Assembly (NCBI GenBank): GCA_023247795.1
Contig: JAHFFT010000006.1
Coordinates: forward strand, 4,664 to 68,663
Reading direction: 5' to 3'
Source of the DNA: Candidatus Omnitrophota bacterium
GTDB taxonomy: Bacteria > Omnitrophota > Gorgyraeia > Zapsychrales > JANLHA01
Length of the DNA: 64,000 nucleotides
A model generated the notes under the pieces. It saw only the letters and a list, made by a program, of their open reading frames with translations. It was not told where the DNA came from and ran no database searches. Shown here in pieces: positions 63,101-64,000 of this stretch. The position numbers and the translations under genes were made by a program. Numbering within the stretch: the first letter of the stretch is position 1; the number at the start of each line of letters is the position of its first letter.

Positions 63101-64000
63101 CGAATAATAAAATGCTAGATTCTGCTGATGAGGTGAGAGTGGTGTTTCAGGGAATTGACGGAACCCCTAAAACTTATATTGACAAGTCATATAAATTTGA
63201 AAAGGTATTTGCAGCGCTATCGCAGCATGGGTATTCGGAAATGAGAGACTATCAGGGTTTAGCGCAAAGTTTATATAACGCCCGTACGCTTGAAATCGCG
63301 GTCAACGTGGGAGAAGCCTTTGCGATTGTGGGGTCGCTGGGAGTTGATGGGGCGTTTGTCAAAGCCGGTTTTAGGAATATCAGGCAGGCAGCGTTTAAGA
63401 ATTTATCTACGCAATCATTCCGCATCATAAGTGAAAACGCGTTTAAAGATTATTCGGCGAAGAAGGCCATCGGGTTTGCCGTTGGCGGTGCTGCGGTTGA
63501 TCAAATGATGACGAAAAGGTACACCGGAGAATATGGTGAAATAGACGGATCAACTCTTTTTCACGCGCTGGCATCGGCCGCGATGTTTGGCAAGAAAGGA
63601 ACATTTCTTACGAAGCTGATTACACAGGCTGATGAAAGTGGTTTAAAATTGGCAAAATATGTGGTGGCCAATCCCAGCGTATTGGTCAAGGCCGGAAAGC
63701 AGTTGGCCATCAGTGAAGCCGGTGTTTTAACCGCGGCCACTGTTTATAACAAGTATGTTAATGATCAATGGCTTTACAGTCCTAAGGAATATGCCGCTAT
63801 CTTAGGCGTTGGGGCGGCTTTACCGCTGGCATATCAGGGCTTACGGACGATAACTCCGCAGGCGGCTAAGACCGCTGTTTTTAGTGTGCATAAAGCCTTA
63901 GCCTCAAATTATGCTTTGGGGTACTCGGCGTTGGCCATTCCGGTCGGTAATTATTTATGGAAGCAAAATACCGGCCATGACCTTGGTTGGGGGAATGCGA
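51169..64000 (+). CDS. Giant protein (over 4270 aa, truncated by the window end) with a signal/TM segment and a C39-family peptidase domain
   Basis: The frame opens at ATG 51169 and reads as protein wherever translated. The track lists no closed ORF in this frame, which implies no stop before 64000. Motifs: WIRIVAMIVIAVFLPEQISWA; LNCGVYAL...PEHFVTV...YFD triad; hydrophobic Gly/Ala-rich segments near 52.2-54.1 kb and 63.3-64.0 kb. Confidence 0.9.
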   Translation, partial: MTMDESRLDIKNISTTRGSIKNFNTNRDSLSSILPHILPKEEPKPFKSGFKHWIRIVAMIVIAVFLPEQISWAFNYNPAVLWGGPKQDLMHLAQPAPVMPTPAQVQIPVVPSDAEISQQLSQSVHDMLGRIAYLENAQVQFDLQNPNDPNKKPQSSIQIKPKNVVTEQSMMAYVEWLRQPGIKPLNCGVYALRDLLGANGLQVSLQELSLATLMEDILNGIIKPGDPKLKTSLYAIDKVAQGYNLNLKAAKVLPQDVVKLKTPFIANLDPEHFVTVTLIEQDKVSYFDVGRPTILAKDEFIKQANGFVLAPDMEKQTIEYALVSDSMKAFVWGSQWVRMKDDLPGLIDDGDMWDEIYVEIAIELIEAYFFGPAVAVMAYGASDLASTLTEICVMKNVCGENDTFIFNFIFTTVLMAAGMSMGDFATGAENGVLKEGAKGGLKEGVKDGTKEGAKKGLEDTAKSTAPSATGEVAATAPAIEPAAAGASPTIGSRLVDSIKTGTQNFYNEMKISLTDFGNKVVGFFKGIGELAQKGFNFVVGGGADKAPQAAGTAGQATNNLGAAKELAKTMPAKFDMAKSLDRLFSAQAVKAFFVGGIKALPKAIVSAYVKQEVYKIVDRNISEDMNPAIRQALVGVVSSIGGELLLAAGIKGLGAALSEVSPEMNNALSKLFNMGTYQSEEDAQKKADEVVDNAKADTIKAADKTVEGQNLTAEQKEGVRNAALKADEYKFNAIERTVYQSELDRIKSDKNYSRDNDAFHASTFVDEFKVIGKTIGPRLAGAAVAAGLRYLADKNWGDADAKSQVSQMIGEIGQAVGGILYGIAIRQDSGYTKEEIHQDKDGTKETNSDYDKYYRENKITGKREYVAEGDGKTIYNPEYPGSEKGKHYLLSDRTYGAMLYDALTRGAVGLLVAHGLDNYEKRNVDVDANGDQNRYQLVKGRAAILGGLILIDTIVTDINKWAGIDNPERYLKDEGVGITKIAGDSFIARYFTTRVAEQLIAMVRPIATFSGSLPGEDGAGDDNRWARDHKTAYGENYTSSQQNYLTYLTQLSEMTGQSLETVNQIKANRDALKEQLNSGQITKSEYEARKMFAFHDIMWAANGAFYVDRMNSAMAAGFVNNSFQSGGIYDEVEAILGYLPLKITSGLALNHREVVFKKETKEGEPDKLIAIATTKSPREPTIIMGDTLGFGWVKGMNNLKIDSETNTSSVGLGFDHLTNRFLGFLTDKEQKEFNVTADEAGVFDSHTGEKIVGLEELRTLNHHLGILNKIKTGQAYQEENGDVFDTKTNKVLAYAAEMKDGESKYQLITAELKSGQTQIRNGMDVDMFSGNVISNVAFKDADGKKLAAVRLDFKQTPENTEGDRNGQFLVFGRADLAREFDISGVKNDIIDKMKKLSPDALWVEDDQGDEIFHFIDVKSLEEFKDSIDSIARLKDNQDEILSYDPDYDDEERLVPSKRVILDSDGRELFVLDKDNADPRITFKKGSLDYVKENFKEYSASDRITTYQGDGFGRRIKDEDIGWQASRRISTDGSGQQQDEIVSNKLVGESRLISTAAWLLMPELANLALKEKDGGGGLDPKIMRKVLEQTAGTDSLGVRMLASGLDQVNKMHAENDTPFTYDFAGTDTHGKTMFKLQGNNNENGKMTIIFDKSGKANIRLARDNNANLDIFDGALNLVGYNKDEAVAIKAIKAVGLSAADIIFGRGFDANVYSIRDLVAREEKSDKLEAGLTDLVISQANSQLTTLLNDYGYVGITNIDVNHFLSKVSPFDLMDKGSIAIDGSEPVKASKDTSVTVTGNIVKTMTYDLPEMNDLTTSKVDQGKDLGQISMSDGRETIMRYDRVDDDVKSKFIMKNDHDEMRVTTAGDISVDNNVFKIINYDPTDADMAHGIKVDIEGLKNALWENDWVATSAGLREIVSNAKELQKSENNQKEAFREAVQTSLAEMKQFDKDYGMSAVDQNKDLILAALGKNDKGERIANVYSAYQGRIWDEDEIMKYYGYEKPSSEASDLDGSNDEKEKFNLKLNQGTVAHVEKLDSPFGRMFTEAGSTRNMGEGSMDDLYKVNQVSGSTLAAIAPVQLDDLRNFMTETDRVFTNEGLGKIVDQAKGGHLKKALADNGYDLTGEDIAKIDEKADLRLKTDLRENGYTNEHGEIQDSFRKLQSADEMRLTSEFGELKDQIFQSLKNSDNGQITMEPLTLTSGGIIDYNSKNGHADLFSIPQGGQFGGLLPSGKVAYDQHPSQIVLEESGVYRGPGSVLVYGERYGHSITTDVFGGDYFDKNVIYQIGSDGKSESYALGNGELPEQLHIGKTKLSGTLKTKNETTVAYEGKGFDISVTKFGDSQKLKNVSDLPVSVDMSKVAESRANTFLTEDPTVTVTEKGQSPRTITFDIKGRDQEHGFIWEKGSEIVNLPDGTRQLVLSGPINEPGLADVSFNHSSEEGARVDEQRSAIIPILIPKANVSNGTEAAGPGLKVDRLGLGTVGQLIVASGEPVDSATKKIVGADGQEKEEEYRVYNANFEGEDDATDSAGVRRLIVEGNPFKSKERFGNIELDQPTTNMGFTIKHDIDTAGKSPEDVKREERNQAVHLETKIQETSKDSYAPSVNPNGILDPMLVVGNDLDLWDTTMIDTRSISKLSAIDGFDIDLLGNYHVHDGTRKVSELLNIDKTYESASGKLTVIKSDKYGVVYENPEQTFEYFSSAKLTTVSKLDESKSRLDSIIYDVRKGLASGFDKDENWNGSEGQLFVKSIDFDSRSLTYDNKDFKLGVEGYKKADQRFADTVLRAQGSELVLGGGNKEEKSVQLSNAASSYRDKLVQELQLFSNMNTDQIKEHLRERFQEINIPFGDDASFQREVGKVFGTLVKLFEGHSTLSKDNEMLADFGQLAWNLTKQDPDTAALLVGVKNEDRGAINDYAHAMRQTEVLNTFDNWNENQNDLPNLGKLHGAADGYEATAKAGNSRTFQETGADGKQNINREEGLTIALGDMQVTRAQGLQLALQKADLKAIENIAQRSSDQDLKNKLVDLAKAIRAGSVPDAVGFSDLIVSKGLDSFVNSPDSVNLEIVKEIARLGDAKAGKNIFSGDIKRLPFTEGSRYYFEGPIDPKLKEAFGPIGFGVNDGHFEGIKEKFFEIHERGDFLGMEQHFTFTGHYDDANGQAKVEQVHLQGNNAGYIANISKLLGQEILFQGRETDITLTAQNGFMDLREDGSISVPQGVDVQACGSMPGCLKDKTRLLESIDSYVTFGETRKLAYGKISGTGEFAHIFDLNFPKHEPAPSEEKAPEPNDQETTRVVVRPVGDGVVSITESGEKADKKLQEQTAPKDLTEQGKKTYQKIVDKTLLTQQVFNLGVPIERFHNGKIEQDMQLTALPQLALENGSLAVLDQSVKKPAISQAELADFLKTGKLPSAYKKQGIPVLTGFNLEKDDKEKISVSIASKGEQGEIAEISSLVRNPNATGQFSNDAVGMEWTPSGPKFFGGESLGRAVVGHLQREGVVLPTDERLGKLSLDKAPKAVYDLKYAGEQILSPTSGKWVSVDQGKFRVGGTVTDPTSVSHVNSVSGAFIYDRVAQVTGWRPLYDNNENLVDLEYLATKGSMEAPVTPGFIVNQSNDFGFKITLVAPNLNNKPQEKQPEEQQNPLKNQELHNVNISPKPDENKNLVMVFGPGDVKQQLLESSIGFTIDNPYAVNDPMRARIGIDRPDTQVTILNEHLEDERAGEPNLKDGGYYGARPGTFSGGADSAYIKAKKAEITAAWNDLNEEEALLKGAGKNPDQDVHYKKHKEEVANLIDSLPIVQQTTSAGDRLRYKLTKMLVDNIHTGGLGFVGFEYSGGKFGWVRPAEPKPEDFSRPSDYRVAKINYDAAEDEFKKIMAPLVKGSGQVVDGFTMDQVGLMHFLNGTEPQYISDGLVSSSYDLLRGKNFVDKPITSQDAVDPSKNISKTERNAAKFISLIQEYITGPVGERLGEVADKVMNNPRYAFNPDPNNKMLDSADEVRVVFQGIDGTPKTYIDKSYKFEKVFAALSQHGYSEMRDYQGLAQSLYNARTLEIAVNVGEAFAIVGSLGVDGAFVKAGFRNIRQAAFKNLSTQSFRIISENAFKDYSAKKAIGFAVGGAAVDQMMTKRYTGEYGEIDGSTLFHALASAAMFGKKGTFLTKLITQADESGLKLAKYVVANPSVLVKAGKQLAISEAGVLTAATVYNKYVNDQWLYSPKEYAAILGVGAALPLAYQGLRTITPQAAKTAVFSVHKALASNYALGYSALAIPVGNYLWKQNTGHDLGWGNA

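Overview
This window spans the replication origin of a bacterial chromosome. Genes left of about 8.5 kb lie on the minus strand (thrS, tRNA-Val/Leu/Cys, coaC, rpoZ, gmk, yicC, ndk, parB/parA with a parS-like site, a stand-alone Jag N-domain, yidC, rpmH). Genes to the right lie mostly on the plus strand (dnaA, oriC, dnaN, DUF721, gyrB, gyrA, tRNA-Glu). Next come a c-di-AMP-like riboswitch, a CusBA-type metal efflux cluster and metabolic genes (2-hydroxyacid dehydrogenase, GST, Nit-type amidase, mdh). A 21-kb Tad/Flp pilus locus follows: PPIase, CpaB, a secretin fused to a TonB C-terminal domain, a CpaE-CpaF fusion ATPase, 14 prepilin-like genes including a duplicated triplet, TadB and TadC. After a REP-associated tyrosine transposase (RAYT) a giant ORF begins at 51169 and runs off the window (over 4270 aa). 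It carries an N-terminal signal/TM segment, an intact C39-type peptidase followed by a double-glycine-like site, and hydrophobic segments. The gene content suggests Ca. Omnitrophota (inference). Several families of short palindromic repeats are scattered through the window, and some have entered coding frames, including yidC. All assignments come from reading motifs by eye; no database searches were run.
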